Shown one piece after another: positions 15,483-29,632 of a stretch of 64,000 nucleotides of DNA. Position 1 is the first letter of the stretch; each line of letters opens with the position of its first letter. The notes beneath the pieces were generated by a model that was not told the DNA's origin, made no database searches, and saw only the letters and a program-made list of their open reading frames with translations. Position numbers and translations under genes: made by a program. The DNA is from the human T2T-CHM13v2.0 reference genome, Homo sapiens: assembly GCA_009914755.4 (NCBI GenBank), contig CP086569.2, forward strand, positions 20,576,001-20,640,000, given 5' to 3'.

Positions 15483-18400
15483 GCACCCAAGGAAAATTTT
15501 TTTATTTTTAATTTTTATACTAAGTTCTGGGGTACATGTGCAGAATGTGCAGTTTTGTTACATAGGTATACACGTGCCATGGTCATCTGCTGCACCCATC
15601 AATTTGTCATCTACATTAGGTTTTTCTCCTAATGCTCTCCCTCCCCCAGCCCACCATGTCCTGACAGGCCTGGTGTGTGATGTTCCCCTCCCTGTGTCCA
15701 TGTATTCTCATTGTTCAAATCCCAGTTATGCCTGAGAACATTAAGTGTTTGGTTATCTGTTCTTGTGTTAGTTTGCTGAGAATGATGGTTTCCAGCTTCA
15801 TCCATGTCCCTGCAAAGGACATGAACTCATCCTTTTTTATGGATGCATAGTATTCCATGGTGTAAATCAACTATCATTGATGGGCATTTGGGTTGATTCC
15901 CCATCTTTGCTATTGTGAACAGTGCCACAATAAACAAACATGTGCATGTTTCTTTTTATAGTAGAATGATTTATAATACTTTGGATATATACCCAGTAAT
16001 GGGATTGCTGGGTCAAATGTTATTTCTGGTTCTGGATCCTTAGGGAATCACCATAGTCTTCCACAATGGTTGAACTAATTTACACTCCCACCAACAGTGT
16101 AAAAGTGTCCTTATTTCTCCATATCCTCTCCAGCTCCTGTTGTTTCCTGGCTTTTCAATGACTGTGATTCTAACTGACATGAGATGGTATCTCATTGTGG
16201 TATTGATTTGAATTTCTCTACTGACCAGTGATGAGCTTTTTTTCATGTTTGTTGGCTGCATAAATGTTTTCTTTTGATAAGTGTCTGTTTATATCCTTCA
16301 CCAACTCGATAGAGTTTTTCTGTTTTGTAAATGTGGGTAAGTTCTTTGTAGATTCTGGATATTAGACCTTTGTCAGATGGATAGATTGCAAAAATTTTCT
16401 CCCATTGTGTAGTGTGCCTTTTCACTCTGATGATAGTTTATTTTGCTATGCAGAAGATCTTCAGTTTAATTAGATCCCATCTGTCAATTTTGGCTTTTGT
16501 TGCCATTGCTTTTGGTGTTCTAATCATGAAGTCTTTGCCCATGCCAATGTCCTGAATGGTACTGCTTAGGTTTTCTTCTAGGATTTTTATGGTTTCAGGT
16601 CTTATGTAAGTCTTTAATCCATCTTGAATTAATTTTTTATAAGGTGTAAGAAAGGGGTCCAGTTTCACTTTTCTGCATATAGCTAACCAGTTTTCCCAAC
16701 GACATTTATTAAATAGGAAATTCGTTCCCCATTGCTTGTTTTTGTCAAGTTTTTCAAATATCAGATGGCTGTAGATGTGTGGCATTATTTCTGAGGCCTC
16801 TGTTCTGTTACATTGTTCTATGTATGTTTTGGTACCAGTACCATGCTGTTTTTGATACTGTAACCTTGTAGTGTAGTTTGAGGTCAGGTAGTGTCATGAC
16901 TCCAGCTTTGTTTTTTTTGCTTAGGATTGTTTTGGCCATATGGGCTCTTTTTTTGGTTCCATATGAATTTTAAAGTAGCTTTTTCTAATTATGTGAAAAA
17001 AAAGTTAATGGTAGCTTGATGGAATAGCATTGAATCTATAAATTACTTTGGAAAGTATGGCCATTTTCATGATATTGATTCTTCCAATCCATGAGCAGGG
17101 GATGTTTTTCCATTTATTTGTGTCCTCCCTTATTTCATTGAGCAGTGGTGTGTAGTCCTCCTTGAATAGGTCATTCACATCACTTGAAAGTTGTATTCCT
17201 AGGTATTTTATTCTCTTTGTAGCAACTGTAAATGGGAGTTCACTCATGATTTGGCTATTATTGGTGTATACGAATGCTTGTGATTTTTGCACATTGATTT
17301 TGTATCCTGACACTTTGATAAAGTTGCTTATCAGCTTAAGGAGATTTTGGGCTGAGATGATGGGGTTTTCTAAATATACAATCATGTCATCTGCAAGCAG
17401 AGACAATTTGACTTCCTCTCTTACAATTTTAATATCCTTTATTTCTTTCTCTTGCCTGACTGCACTGGCCAGAACTTCCAATACTATGTTGTCTTATGCT
17501 TTGTCTTATGCCAGTTTTCAAAGGGAATGCTTCCAGTTATTGTCCATTCTGTATAATATTGGCTGTAAGTTTGTCATAAAATAGCCCTTATTATTTTGAG
17601 ATACTTTCCATCAATACTTAGTTTATTGAGAGTTTTTAGCATGAAGGGGCATTGAATTTTATTGGACAGTTCTGCATCTATGGAGATAAACATGTGGCTT
17701 TTGTCATTGATTCTGTTTATGTGATGGATTACATTTATTGATTTCTGTATGTTTGAACTAGCTTTGCATCCAGATATGAAGCTGACTCGATCATGTTGGG
17801 TAGCTTTTTGATGTCCTGTTGGATTCAGTTTGCCAGTATTTTATTGAGAATTTTTGCATCGATGTTCATCAGGGATACTGGCTTAAACTTTTCTTTTTGT
17901 GTCTCTGCCAAGTTTTTGTATCATGATGATGCTGGCCTCATAAAATGAGTTAGAGGGGAGTCCCTCTTTTTCTATTGTTTGGAATAATTTCAGAAGGACT
18001 GGTACCAGCTCCTCTTGTACCTCTGGTAGAATTCAACTGTTAATTTATCTTGTCCTGGACTTTTTTTGGTTGGGAGGCTATTAATTACTGCCTCAATTTC
18101 AGAACTCATTACTGGACTATTCAGGGATTCAACTTCTTCCTGGTTCAGACTCAGGGTGTATGTGTCCCAGAATTTGTCAATTTCTTCTAGATTTTTTAGT
18201 TTATTGGCATAGAGGTATTTATAGTATTCTCTCATGGTAGTTTGTATTTCTGTGGGATCAGTGATGATATCCCCTATATCATTTTTTATTGCATCTATTT
18301 GATTCTTTTCTCTTTTCTTCTTTATTAGTCTGGCCACAGGTCTATCTATTTTGTTGATCTTTTCAAAAAACAAGCTCTTGGATTCCCAGAGATACTGGTA

Positions 18401-21400
18401 TATTGTGTCCTTGTTGTCATTAGTTTCAAAGAACATGTTTATTTCTGCCTTCATTTTGTTACTTACACAGTAATCATTTAGGAGCAGGTTGTTCAGTTTC
18501 CAGGTAGTTGTGCAGTTTTGAATGAGTTTCTTAATCCTGAGTTCTAATTTGATTGCACTGTGGTCTGAGAGACTGTTTGTTATGAATTCAGTTCTTTTGC
18601 ATTTGCTGAGGAGTGCTTTACTTCCAATTACGTGGCCAATTTTAGAGTAAGTACGATGTGGTGCTGAGAAGAATGTACATTGTTGATACGGGGTGGGGAG
18701 TTCTGTAGACGTCTATTAGGTCCACTTGGTCCAGAGCTGAGTTCAAGACCTGAATAATCTTGTTAATTTTCTGTCTTGCTGATGTGTCTAATATTGACAG
18801 TGGGGTGTTAAAATCTTGCACTATTATTGTGTGGGAATCATTTTTGTAGGTCTCTAAGAACTTGCTTTATGAATCTGGGTGCTCCTGTATTGGGTGCATA
18901 TATATTTAAGATAGTTATTCTTGTTGCATTGATCCCTTTACCATTATGGAATGTCTTTGTCTCTTTTAATCTTTGTTGGTTTAATGTCTGTTTTGTCAGA
19001 CTAGGATTTTTTTGGCTTTCCATTTCTTGATAAATATTCTTCCATCTCTTTATTTTGAGCCTATGTGTGTCTCTGCGTGCTTTATTCTCCTGAATAAAGC
19101 ACAACGATGCATCTTGACTCCTTATCCAATTTGCCAGTTGGTGTCTATTAATTGGGACATTCAGCGGTTTACATTTAAGGTTTATACTGTTATGTGTGAA
19201 TTTGATTCTGTCATTATGATGCTAGATGGCTATTTTGACCATTAGTTGACACAGTTTCTTCATAGTGTTGATGGGCTTTACAATTTGGTCTGTTTTTGCA
19301 CTGGCTGGTACCAGTTGTTCCTTTCCATGTTTAGTGTTTCCTTCTGGAGATCTTGTAGGGCAGGCCTGGTAGTGACAAAATCTCGCATTTACTTGTCTGT
19401 AAGGGATTTTATGTCTCCTTTGCTTACGAAGATTAGTTTGGTGGGATATGACACTCTGGGTTGAAAATTATTTTCTTTACGAACGTTGAATATTGGCCCC
19501 CACTCTTTTCTGGCTTGTAGGGTTTCTGCAGAGAGATCCACTGTTAGTTTGAAGTGTTTCCCTTTGCGGAGTATCTTTGTGGTGTTCTCTATATTTTCTG
19601 AATTTGAATGTTGGCCTGTCTTGCTAGTCTGGGGAAGTTCTCCTAGATAATATATTGAAGAGTGTTTTCCAACTTTGTTCCATTTTTCCTGTCACTTACA
19701 GGTACACCAATCAAACGTAGTTTGGGTCTTTTCAGATAGTCCCATATTTCTTGGAGGCTTTGTTCATTCCTTTTTTCTTTTTTCTCTAGTATTTTCTTCA
19801 CACTATTTCATTAAGTTGATCTTAAATCTCTGATATCCTTTCTTCCACTTGATCTATTCGGCTATTTATACTTCTGTATGCTTCGTGAACTTCTCCTACT
19901 GTGTTTTTCAGCTTCATCAGGTCATTTATGTTCTTCTCTAAACTGGATATTCTAGTTAGCAATTCCTCTTTTTTCAAGGTTCTTAGCTTCCTTGCACTGG
20001 GTTAGAACATGCTCCTTTAGCTTGGAGGAGTTTGTTCTCACCCACCTTCTGAAGCCTTCTTCTGTCAATTCATCAGACTTGTACTCTATCCAGTTTTGTC
20101 CCCTTGCTGGTGAGGAGTTGTGATCCTTTGGAGGACAAGAGGTGTTCCAGTTTTTGGAATTTTCAGACTTTTTTTCCTGGTTTCTCCTCATCTTCATGGA
20201 TTTATCTACCTTTGGCCTTTGATGTTGGTGGCCTTTGAATGGGGCTTCTGAGTGAATGTCCTTTTTGTTGATGTTGATGCTATTCCTGTTTCTTAGTTTT
20301 CATTCCAACAATCAGGCCACTCTGCTGCAGGTCTGCTGGAGTTTGTTAGAGGTCTACTGCATACCCTGTTTGCATGGCTATCACTAGCAGAGGCTGCAGA
20401 ACAGCATAGATTGCTGCCTGTTCCTTCCTCTGGAAGCTTCCTCCCAGAGGGGCACCCACCAGATGCCAGCCAGAGCTCTCCTGCATGAGGGGTCTGTCGA
20501 CCTCTGCTGGGAGGTGTCTCCCAGTCAGGAAACATGGGATTCATGGACCCACTTGAGAAGGCAGTCTTACCCTTGGCAGAGCTCAAATGCTGTGCTGAGA
20601 GATCTGTTGCTTTCTTCAGATCTTCTGCTGAAGCTGTGCCCACAGTTGCCCCTTCCCCCGGGTGCTTGTCTCATGAGATGGGAGTTTTATCTCTAAGACC
20701 CTGACTGGCACTGCTGCCTTTTTTTTTTTCAGAGATGCCCTGCCCAGAGAGGAATGTATAGAGGCAGTCTGGCTATAGTGGCTTTGCTGAGTTGTAGAGG
20801 GCTCTGCTTAGTTGAAACTTACCCATGGCTTTGTTTACACTGTGAGGGGAAAACCACCTACTCAAGCCTTAGTAATGGCGGATACCCCTCCCGCTCCAAG
20901 CTTAAGCATCCCAGGTCCACTTCATACTGCTGTGCTAGCAAGAAGAATTTGAAGCCAGTAAAGCATAGCTTTTTAGGCTCAGTGGGGATGCGATCCACTG
21001 AGCTAGACCACTTGGCTCCCTGTCTTCAGCTGCCTTTCTAGGAGAGTGAAAGGTTCTGACTTGCTGGCATTCCAGGAGCCACTGGGGTATGACAAAAAAC
21101 TCCTGCAGCTAGCTCAGTGCCTACCCAAATTGCCGCCCAGTTTTGTGCTGGAATCCCAGGGGCACAGTGTTCAAGGCACAATCCCTCATGTTTTCCCTTG
21201 GTTAGCGGAGGGAGATCCCTGACCCATTTTGCTTCCTGGGTGAAGTGATGCCCCACCCTGCTTTGGCTTGCCCTCCATGGGCTACACCCACTGCCTAACC
21301 AGTGCCAGTGAGATGAGCTGGATACTTCAGTTGGAAATGCAGAAATCACTCACCTTCTAGGTTGATCTTGTGGGGAGCTGCAGACCAAAGCTGTTCCTAT

Positions 21401-21420
21401 TCGGCCATCTTGTCAGCCTC
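15483..21420 (-). mobile_element. Full-length L1PA-type element (about 5.9 kb) with coding capacity destroyed
   Basis: T-run and 3' UTR at 15483-15560. ORF2 pieces (ORFs 16040..18454, 18838..19104). ORF1 N-terminus (19952..20197: MKMRRNQEKKSENSKNW...EEGFRRW). Long 5' UTR ending with the reverse complement of gaggctgacaagatggccgaataggaacagc at 21390-21420. Multiple stops and frameshifts. Confidence 0.85.
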
Positions 21421-21545
21421 AGTCTAATTTTATATTTTTAGTAGAGACGGGGTTTCACCCTGTTGGCCAGGTTGGTCTCAAACTCCTGACCATCTGATCC
21501 AACCACCTTGGCCTCCCAAAGTCCTGGGATTACAAGTGTGAGTCA
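21421..21545 (-). mobile_element. Alu piece C (remainder of the Alu split by the L1)
   Basis: taattttatatttttagtagagacggggtttcaccctgttggccaggttggtctcaaactcctgacc...cctgggattacaagtgtgag. Confidence 0.75.
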
Positions 21546-22000
21546 TGGTGATAGAGGGTGACAGTAGTCAGATAAAAGGTCACCCACTCATATCCCATCA
21601 CAACAAAATGAATTCTGCTCTCATTTACAGTCTCTTGTCTCTCTGTGGGAATCATGGGATTCCAGTACGAGGCTGTAAAATGCTGGTAGTGTCCAAGATA
21701 GGCCTGGCAAAGTCAGTTTCTTTGGACCCAGTATCAGCTAGAAGAACTATGTCAAACCAACTCAACTGTGATCTCAGAGGCAAAATTATCAGCTCATAGA
21801 CCTAACAAAAGAAGACTTTAACCAAAATCACTGTGTGAGATTCAGTGTTGTTTTGCTCCTCCAAATGCACAAACAACAACACAAGCTATACAGGTACAAA
21901 TGGTACCAACAAAGCAAATCAGTAACTGACATAATCAATAACTGACATAAAATAATGGAGATCTATGAAATTCCTGAGAAAGAATTCAAAACGAGTCTTA

Positions 22001-22386
<386 letters not shown>

Positions 22387-24894
22387 GTATTAAGGAAAGA
22401 ATGCGTGAGTACAATTTAAAAATTAAGAAACAGATTTTTTTTAAAAAAAAAAACCAGGACCCCTACAGCTACATAAATGCAAAGAAATAATTTTAAATAT
22501 TTACAATTTAATATTAGATTTAAAATTTCAATAGTTACAACAGCATAGCTGATCATGCAGAAGAAAGAACTGACAAGCTCAAATAGCAGTCAGATGAAAA
22601 TTAGCCAATTAGAGGAACAACAACAACAAATGATTGGGAAAAAAAAAAAGAGGAAAAGGTTAAAAGTGATCTGTGGCACCACATCCATGCATAAATATAA
22701 CAATTATGAGTGTACCCAAAAGAGGAGAGAAAGAAGACCAGGAAGCTTATTTAAATATGTACTGTACAAACACTTCCCGAATTCTAGGCGGGATATGAAC
22801 TCAAGAAATTCAAAATGCCACAATTAGGATCAATTTAAAAGAGAATACTCCAAGACACATTAATCAAATTGTAAATATCAAAGATGAAAAGAATCTTGAA
22901 AGCAGCAAGAGGATAAACTCAAAGGGGTCTTCTAGGTAAGGCTATCAGGAAACTTCTTAACAAAATACTTGCAAGTGAGTAGAAAGTGGGATGACATGTT
23001 GAAAGTGCTAAAATAAAATTTAAAAAAGCTTATTAAAAATACTCTAAACTGCAAAGCTGTATTTCAGCAATAAAAAAACAGGTAAGTACATTTTAACACA
23101 AACAAAATTTGAGAATTTGTCACCATCAGACAAGACTTAACAAGAAATGTCTAAAGAGTTTTTCCATGTGAAACAAGAGCATGATAAATAATAATAACAA
23201 AACATATGGCTCTCCAGTAAAGTTAAATGAACAGTCAATACAGTATTCTCTCCTACTCTAAAAGTAATGTTTAAATTACTATTAAAATTAGTATACAAAT
23301 ATAAATAAGAGATGTATTAATAACAACTATACTATACAGAACTCCTTAGTGGATACCCAATACAAATAGTTGCATAGTATAATATTAATAACATAAAAGG
23401 TGGGAAATGAAAAGGTAGAGTCTTCATATAGTAATTAACGTACTATCAGCTTAAATTAGAATACAAGATGTTTTACATAAGAACCATGCTAGGTAATAGA
23501 AAAAAAATCTCTAGTAGTTACACAAGAGACAAAAATATACCACTGATAAAACACAACTAATCAAAAACAAAGACTGAAAGTGTAGAAGAGAACAAAACAG
23601 TCAGTCAAAAATTAACAAAATGCAAGTAGTAAGTTGTTAACTACATGGATTCTTCAATCAAAAGACACAGAAAGTCAAGTTAGATTAAAAAAAAAAGAAC
23701 AAAAAATATTAAACAATATGGCGCCACTAACGAGACACTCACATTAGACTTAACAACACACAGAGACTGAGAGTAAAGAGATTAAAAAAGCTATTCCAAG
23801 CAAATGTTGATTTGCTTGGAATCAACATTAAAATTAAATGTTTAAAAAAGCTATTTTTTAAAAAAGCTGATTAAAAAAGCTATTCCAAGCAAAAGAGGAG
23901 ATGTTGCTATGCTCATATCAGAAAAAAAGGCTTCCAGTCAAAACCTGTAAAGAGCGTGGGGGAATATTATTATGATAATAGGGTCAGTTAATTAAAATTC
24001 TGTACCAATTGTAAAAATGCACACTCCCTTCATCAGCATACCTATATATATAACGATGTAATAGATTGGAAAGATTCTACGAACTTCCATTTAGTAACAA
24101 TGGGACATTTCAATAGAACCAACAGTTCTATTGAATTAGTGAATTAGAACAACACTTTAGACTAGATATACCTACCAGATAATAGAATTTTCCCTTCAAC
24201 AGCAGAACATATAAAATATGAAACAAATGAAGAGTCTTCATGAGGTAATAAAATTAAGGTACTATCAGCTTAAATTAGAACATTTTAACTGTAAAAGGTA
24301 AGTCTTATGAGATGAATACTATAAAACCACATCAGAATTTAAAGAATGAAGAAAAAGCAGTTCCAAGAGGGAAGTTTATAGCAATAAATACCTACATCCA
24401 AAAAGATATCAAATAGATAAGTTACTGTTACATCTCAAGAATATAAAAAAGAAAAACCAAAACAACCGAAAATCAGTAGAAGGAAGAAAGTAAGAAAGCA
24501 CAGAAATACACAAATAGGGAGCAGAAAGACAACAGAAAAGATCAATGCAACTAAGCAACTAAGCATTGGTTCACTGAGATGACAAAACAGCGTACGTTAG
24601 CCAGACTAACTTAAAAAGAAGAAAAAAGATGTCTCGAACACAATTCAAAAGAGAAGACATTACAATTGATACCACAAAAACACAAAGAATCGTAAGAGAC
24701 TACTATGAACAATTATATGCTCCTACATTGGAAAATCCTCAAGAAATGGGTAATTGCATAGACAAGCAAAATCTACCAACTAAATCAGAAAAAAATAGAA
24801 AATCTGAACAGATCATATATACATAAGGAGACAGAATTAGCAATACAAGTCTTCCACTAAAGCAAAGCCTGGTGACTTCATGAGTAAATTTTAC

Positions 24895-25690
24895 CAAACA
24901 TTTAATGAGGACCTAACGTTATCAGTAGGTCTTTGTTCTTAGAGCTCCCAAGATGGAGGTGGGCCACGCCCAAGATGGAGGCAAGGTTTTTGTTCTCTCA
25001 TCTGGGGTTCTTGGCCTCACAGATTCCAAGGAATGGAACTTGGGCCATGCGGTGGGTGTTATAGCTCTATTAGAAGCTGTGGGTCACGGAAGAGAATCGT
25101 GGGACCCTGCGACTAGTGTTCAGTTTGAGTAGGACGAACCCGGGCACTTAGCCATGCAGGAACAATGGTGAGCCTTTAGCCTAATCAGGAGCAGCAATGG
25201 GTGCCTCACAGCAGAAACCCTGCTGGATCTGGAGGGGTGGGAGTCAACGGTGGGTCACAGCATCCAGCAGTGCTGGACTGGATGGTAAGTGAAAGCTAAG
25301 CTTGAGCCTGAACAAACACCGACCAGAAGAGTGTGCAGTTACAAGATTTAATAAGAGTGAAAACAGAGCTCTCACACAATGGGAGGGGACCCAAAAGGGG
25401 TCGCCCATTGGATATAAACCAATGCCTGGGTTTATATCCCAATCACTGTCCCTCCCCCTGTGCTCTCAGGTGATATATGATTTGACTATTTCTTTGTCTC
25501 CTGCTTTTAGCCTAATTTGTATTTTAGTGAGCCCTCTTTACTACCTGACTGGTTGGGTGTGAGCTGAGTTACAAGCCCCATGTTTAAAGGTAGGTGCAGT
25601 CAACTTCCCCAGCTAGGCTTAGGAATTCTTAGTCAGCCTAGGAAATCCAGCTAGTCTGGTCTCTCACTAAGACCAATCTTTTTCAAGGTT
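24895..25690. mobile_element. Unclassified roughly 800-bp insertion (LTR-like) inside the old L1
   Basis: Non-L1 sequence interrupting colinear L1 ORF2 flanks; moderately GC-rich, no coding signal. Family not recognised by eye. Confidence 0.35.
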
Positions 25691-26659
25691 TTCCAAAAAA
25701 ACTGAAGGAAGACTTCCTCACTGATTTTATAAGGCTAGATACCAGTCTGATATAAAGGGCAAAGAAGGACACTACAAGAAAAGAAAATTGTAGGCCAGTA
25801 TCTCTGATAAAGTTTGATGTAAACATCCTCAAGAACACACTAGAAAACTGAATTCAACAGCACACCGATAGGGTCATTCACCATGATCAAGTAGGATTCA
25901 TCTCTGGGATGCAAACAGTGGTTCAACATATGCAAAGAAAAAATCTGATACGCCATTTTAACATAATGAAGAACAAAAAAACCATACAGTCATTTCATTA
26001 TAGGTAAAGAAAGCATTTCAACAAATACCTCATACTTTCAAAATATAAATTCTCAATAAATGAGGAACAAAAGAATACAAAACCCACAGCTTACTCATCA
26101 TAATACTCAACAGTGAAACAAGGTTTTTTTTCTGGAAGATCAACAACAAAACAAAGATACCCACTCTCATCACTTGTATTCTAATGTATTGAATAGAAGT
26201 GGTGGTACTGTGTTGAACACCTTACTGGAAGATCTAATCACAGCAATTGGACACTTACTATAACCACCACCAACAAAAGTAAGGAATAGAAGACATTCAG
26301 GTAGAAAAGGAAAAATTAAAATAGTCTCTGTCAATGACATAATCTGGTGTACAGAAATCCCTAAGGCCTCCACTAAACAACTGTTGGAACTGATAAGTGA
26401 ATGCAGTAAAGTTGCAGCGTTCAAAATCTATACATAAAAATCAGCAGCATTTTTGCACAGTAATAATTATTTTTTTAAAAAGAAACAACTTGAATAATAG
26501 CATCATCTTAAAAAATACCTAGCAGTACATTTAACCAAGAAGGTGAAAAATCTGCATACTGAAAACTATAAAACATTGAAGAGACGTGGTAGATGATACA
26601 AATATACAACATACCCCTTTTGTGGTCAGGAAAAAGTATGTTAAAATGTCCATACTATC

Positions 26660-26950
26660 AGCTAGGCGCAGTGGCTCACACTTGTAATCCCAGCACTTTG
26701 GGAAGCTGAGGTGGGCAGATCACAAGGTCAGGAGTTCAAGACCAGCTTGGCCAACATGATGAAACTCCATCTCTACTAAAAATACAAAAATTACGTATGG
26801 TGGCAGGCACCTTTAATCCCTACTTGGGACGCTAAGGCAGGAGAATGGCAAAGGCAGAGGTTGCAGTGAGCCGTGATTGCATCACAGCACTCTAGACTGG
26901 GCAACAAGAGCGAACTCCATGATAAAAAAAAAAAAAAGAAAAAAGAAAAA
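26660..26950 (+). mobile_element. Alu (plus) inserted in the old L1
   Basis: ggcgcagtggctcacacttgtaatcccagcactttgggaagctgaggtgggcagatcacaaggtcaggagttcaagaccagc... followed by an A-rich tail. Confidence 0.85.
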
Positions 26951-29039
26951 TTTCTATACTATCCCGAGAGGTCTTCAGACACAATGCTACCCCTATCAAA
27001 ATTCCAAATGTCTTTATTCACAGAAATAGAATAAAATGAACCCCAAATTTGTATGTAATAAAAGACCTCAAATAGTAAAAACGATCATGAGCAAAAACAA
27101 CAAAGCTGGAGGAATCACACCACCTGATTTCAAAAATGATTACAAAGGAACGGTTAACTAAACCTCATGGTATTAGTATGACACAGACACATGTAGAGCC
27201 CAGAAATAAACCCATGCATTTGTGATGGAGTGATTTTTGACAGATGTCAAGACCATAAAATGAGAAAAGCACAGTCTCTTTAAGAAACTGTGTTGGAAGA
27301 ACTTGATACCCACGGGCAGACGACTAGCACTGGACTCTTAACTCATACCATATAGGAAAATCAATGGAACATGGATTAAAGACTTTTAAAGTTAAGACAT
27401 GAAACCGTGAAAGCACTGAAGGAAAACAGAGAAGAAATGCTACACAACAATTGGTCTGGGAAAGCATTTCTTGGACATGACCTCAAAGCACAGAGAACAA
27501 AAGCAAAAATAAACAAAATGGCTTCTGCACAGTAAAGAAAACAACAGGCTAAAGAGACCACCCAACAACTGAAAGAAAATGTTTCCAAGCCATACATCTG
27601 ATATGAGGCTAGTATCCAAAATGTATAAAAAACTGAAACATCTTTAATGCCAAGAAAATAAGCCAATCAACATATGGGCAAAGGACAAAAAGGGACACTT
27701 CTCCAAAAAGCCATAGGAAAGGCAACTGGTATATGACAAAATGCTCATTGTAACTAATTGTTACAAAAATGCAAGTCAGAACTACAGTGAGTTATTACTG
27801 TTCATACCGGATAGAATGGTTATTATAAAAAAGACAAAGGATAAGAAGTGTTGGTGAAAGTGTGGAGCAAAGGGAACTCTTGTGTGCTATTTGTGGGAAT
27901 GGAAGTTAATACAGTCACTACGAAAAACAGCATTAAATTTCCTAAAAATTAAAAATAGAATTACCAAATATTTCAGCAATGCCATTTCTGGGTACATGTG
28001 AAAACAATGAAATTGGTTATGTTGGAGATATATCTGTACTCCCATATTCATTGCTGCACTATTCACAGTAGCTAAGATATGGAGGCTCCCATAAGTGTCC
28101 ACCGTTAGAAAATGATTCATGTGATGGTGGACATTTATGTATTCCTAACAATAATGGAATAATATTATATACTAGTATTTGCAATGAAATTATTAGTTAT
28201 CCTTAAAACAGGGGGCAGATTCAGATTCTCTCATTTGGGACAAGAATAAACCTGGAGGATATTATGTTAAGTGAAATAAGCCAGACACAGAAAAACAAAT
28301 ATCACAGTATCTCACTTATACATGAAATCTAAAGTTCAACTCATATAAGTAAAGAGCTGATGGTTACCAGAAGGCAAAGCGTGGGTGGAGGGGGAGTATG
28401 AAAAAAGAAATACGTTGATCAATGTGGGATAAAGTTTTAAACAGGTGCAGTTAGTTTTAGTAACCTATTGTGCAAAATGGGAATTGTAATAAATAAGACA
28501 TTGTAAATAAAGGAATGCAAGTATAGTAGGTAGGGCAAACAAAAGAAAAACGGAAAGAAATAAAAGAGAAGCACTGAAAATAAAAAAGGAGACCACCAAT
28601 TAAGCACTCATATTTTCAATTCATAGGAAAGCTGTCGTTAGAAAAAGCAGAAAATTTGTATCTCATCAAAGCAGAATTTATGCACAAAAATAAAAAATGA
28701 GTATCAGCATGGAACTAAAGTATGTTTACAAATAGCCGATTTGGTGGCCAAGGAGGCATGGCAATTTACCAATATTGAATCTATTACAGTGTGTTTGATT
28801 AAAGCAGCTTCAGAACTGTGTCCCAAGAAAATAATGACAATTAATGTTTTGGAAAAAACAGCTGATTGAAGAGTTGAAAACATTGAGAAATGCAATGAAA
28901 ATAAAATAAATAATGGCAAATTAATTTCCTTCACTTTTAAGTTGACAGACATTACTAATATTGCTCATTTTTGCATTTGGGAAGCCATTTTAAAGCTGGA
29001 AGTAACTATGGAATTAGCCTTGTATGCTTTGTATGAAAC

Positions 29040-29440
29040 AGTAATAGGCAACATGCTACACCATTTGGGCTGTTATAAAAACTTAACCTTAGACTAGGTG
29101 GCCTATAAGCAAAAGATATTTATTTCTCACAGTTCTGGATGCTGCATTTATTTCTCATAGCTCCAACTGTTGACAACTGCAAAGAGGTGATAAACTTGGT
29201 ATCTGTGGAGTGTGAACCTCCTGGTTCACAGTGGATGTCACTGTGTTCTCACACAGTGGAAGGGACAGGGAACTCTCTGGGGTGTCTTTATAAGGGTGCA
29301 AATTCCATTCACAAGGGCTCTGCCCTTATGACCTCACCACCTCCCAATAGTCCCACCACCAGATGCCATCAAATTAAGCATTAGCCTTCAACATATGAAT
29401 TTTGGGGGTACATATTTAATTTATAGCAGCTGATAATATT
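29040..29440. repeat. Ancient interspersed repeat, unclassified
   Basis: Matches a common mammalian repeat motif (...ctctggggtgtctttataagggtgcaaattccattcacaagggctctgcccttatgacctcaccacctcccaa...catcaaattaagcattagccttcaacatatgaattttggggg); family not assigned. Confidence 0.4.
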
Positions 29441-29567
29441 TTTAAAGAAGCTGAGAGAACACAAATTCAGTACTGCACTATTCACAGTAGCTAAAATATG
29501 GAGGCTCCCATAAGTGTCCACCGTTAGAATCTGAAGTCGTATATGCTAAGATGAGCTAGAAATTGTA

Positions 29568-29632
29568 GCAAAAAACAAAAACAAAAACAAAAACAAAACA
29601 CAAAAAACAATCAAAACAAAATAGTTTACAAG
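29568..29632. repeat. Simple repeat (CAAAA)n
   Basis: aaaaacaaaaacaaaaacaaaaacaaaacacaaaaaacaatcaaaacaaaa. Confidence 0.85.

Larger units (their letters stand above)
22490..28560 (+). mobile_element. Ancient L1 (L1M-like) spanning ORF1 to the 3' end, heavily decayed and interrupted by two insertions
   Basis: ORF1-like segment near 22700 (KRRERRPGSLFKYVLYKHFPNSRRDMNSRNSKCHN). ORF2 motifs include 24629..24826 (ITIDTTKTQRIVRDYYEQLYA), RT region 25800-26000, and C-terminal region and 3' end 27000-28560. Confidence 0.7.

Noticed and set aside
17990-18454. 154-aa and other medium ORFs across 16040-20200.
   Set aside because: These are pieces of ORF1 and ORF2 of a full-length L1PA broken by stops and frameshifts, not cellular genes.
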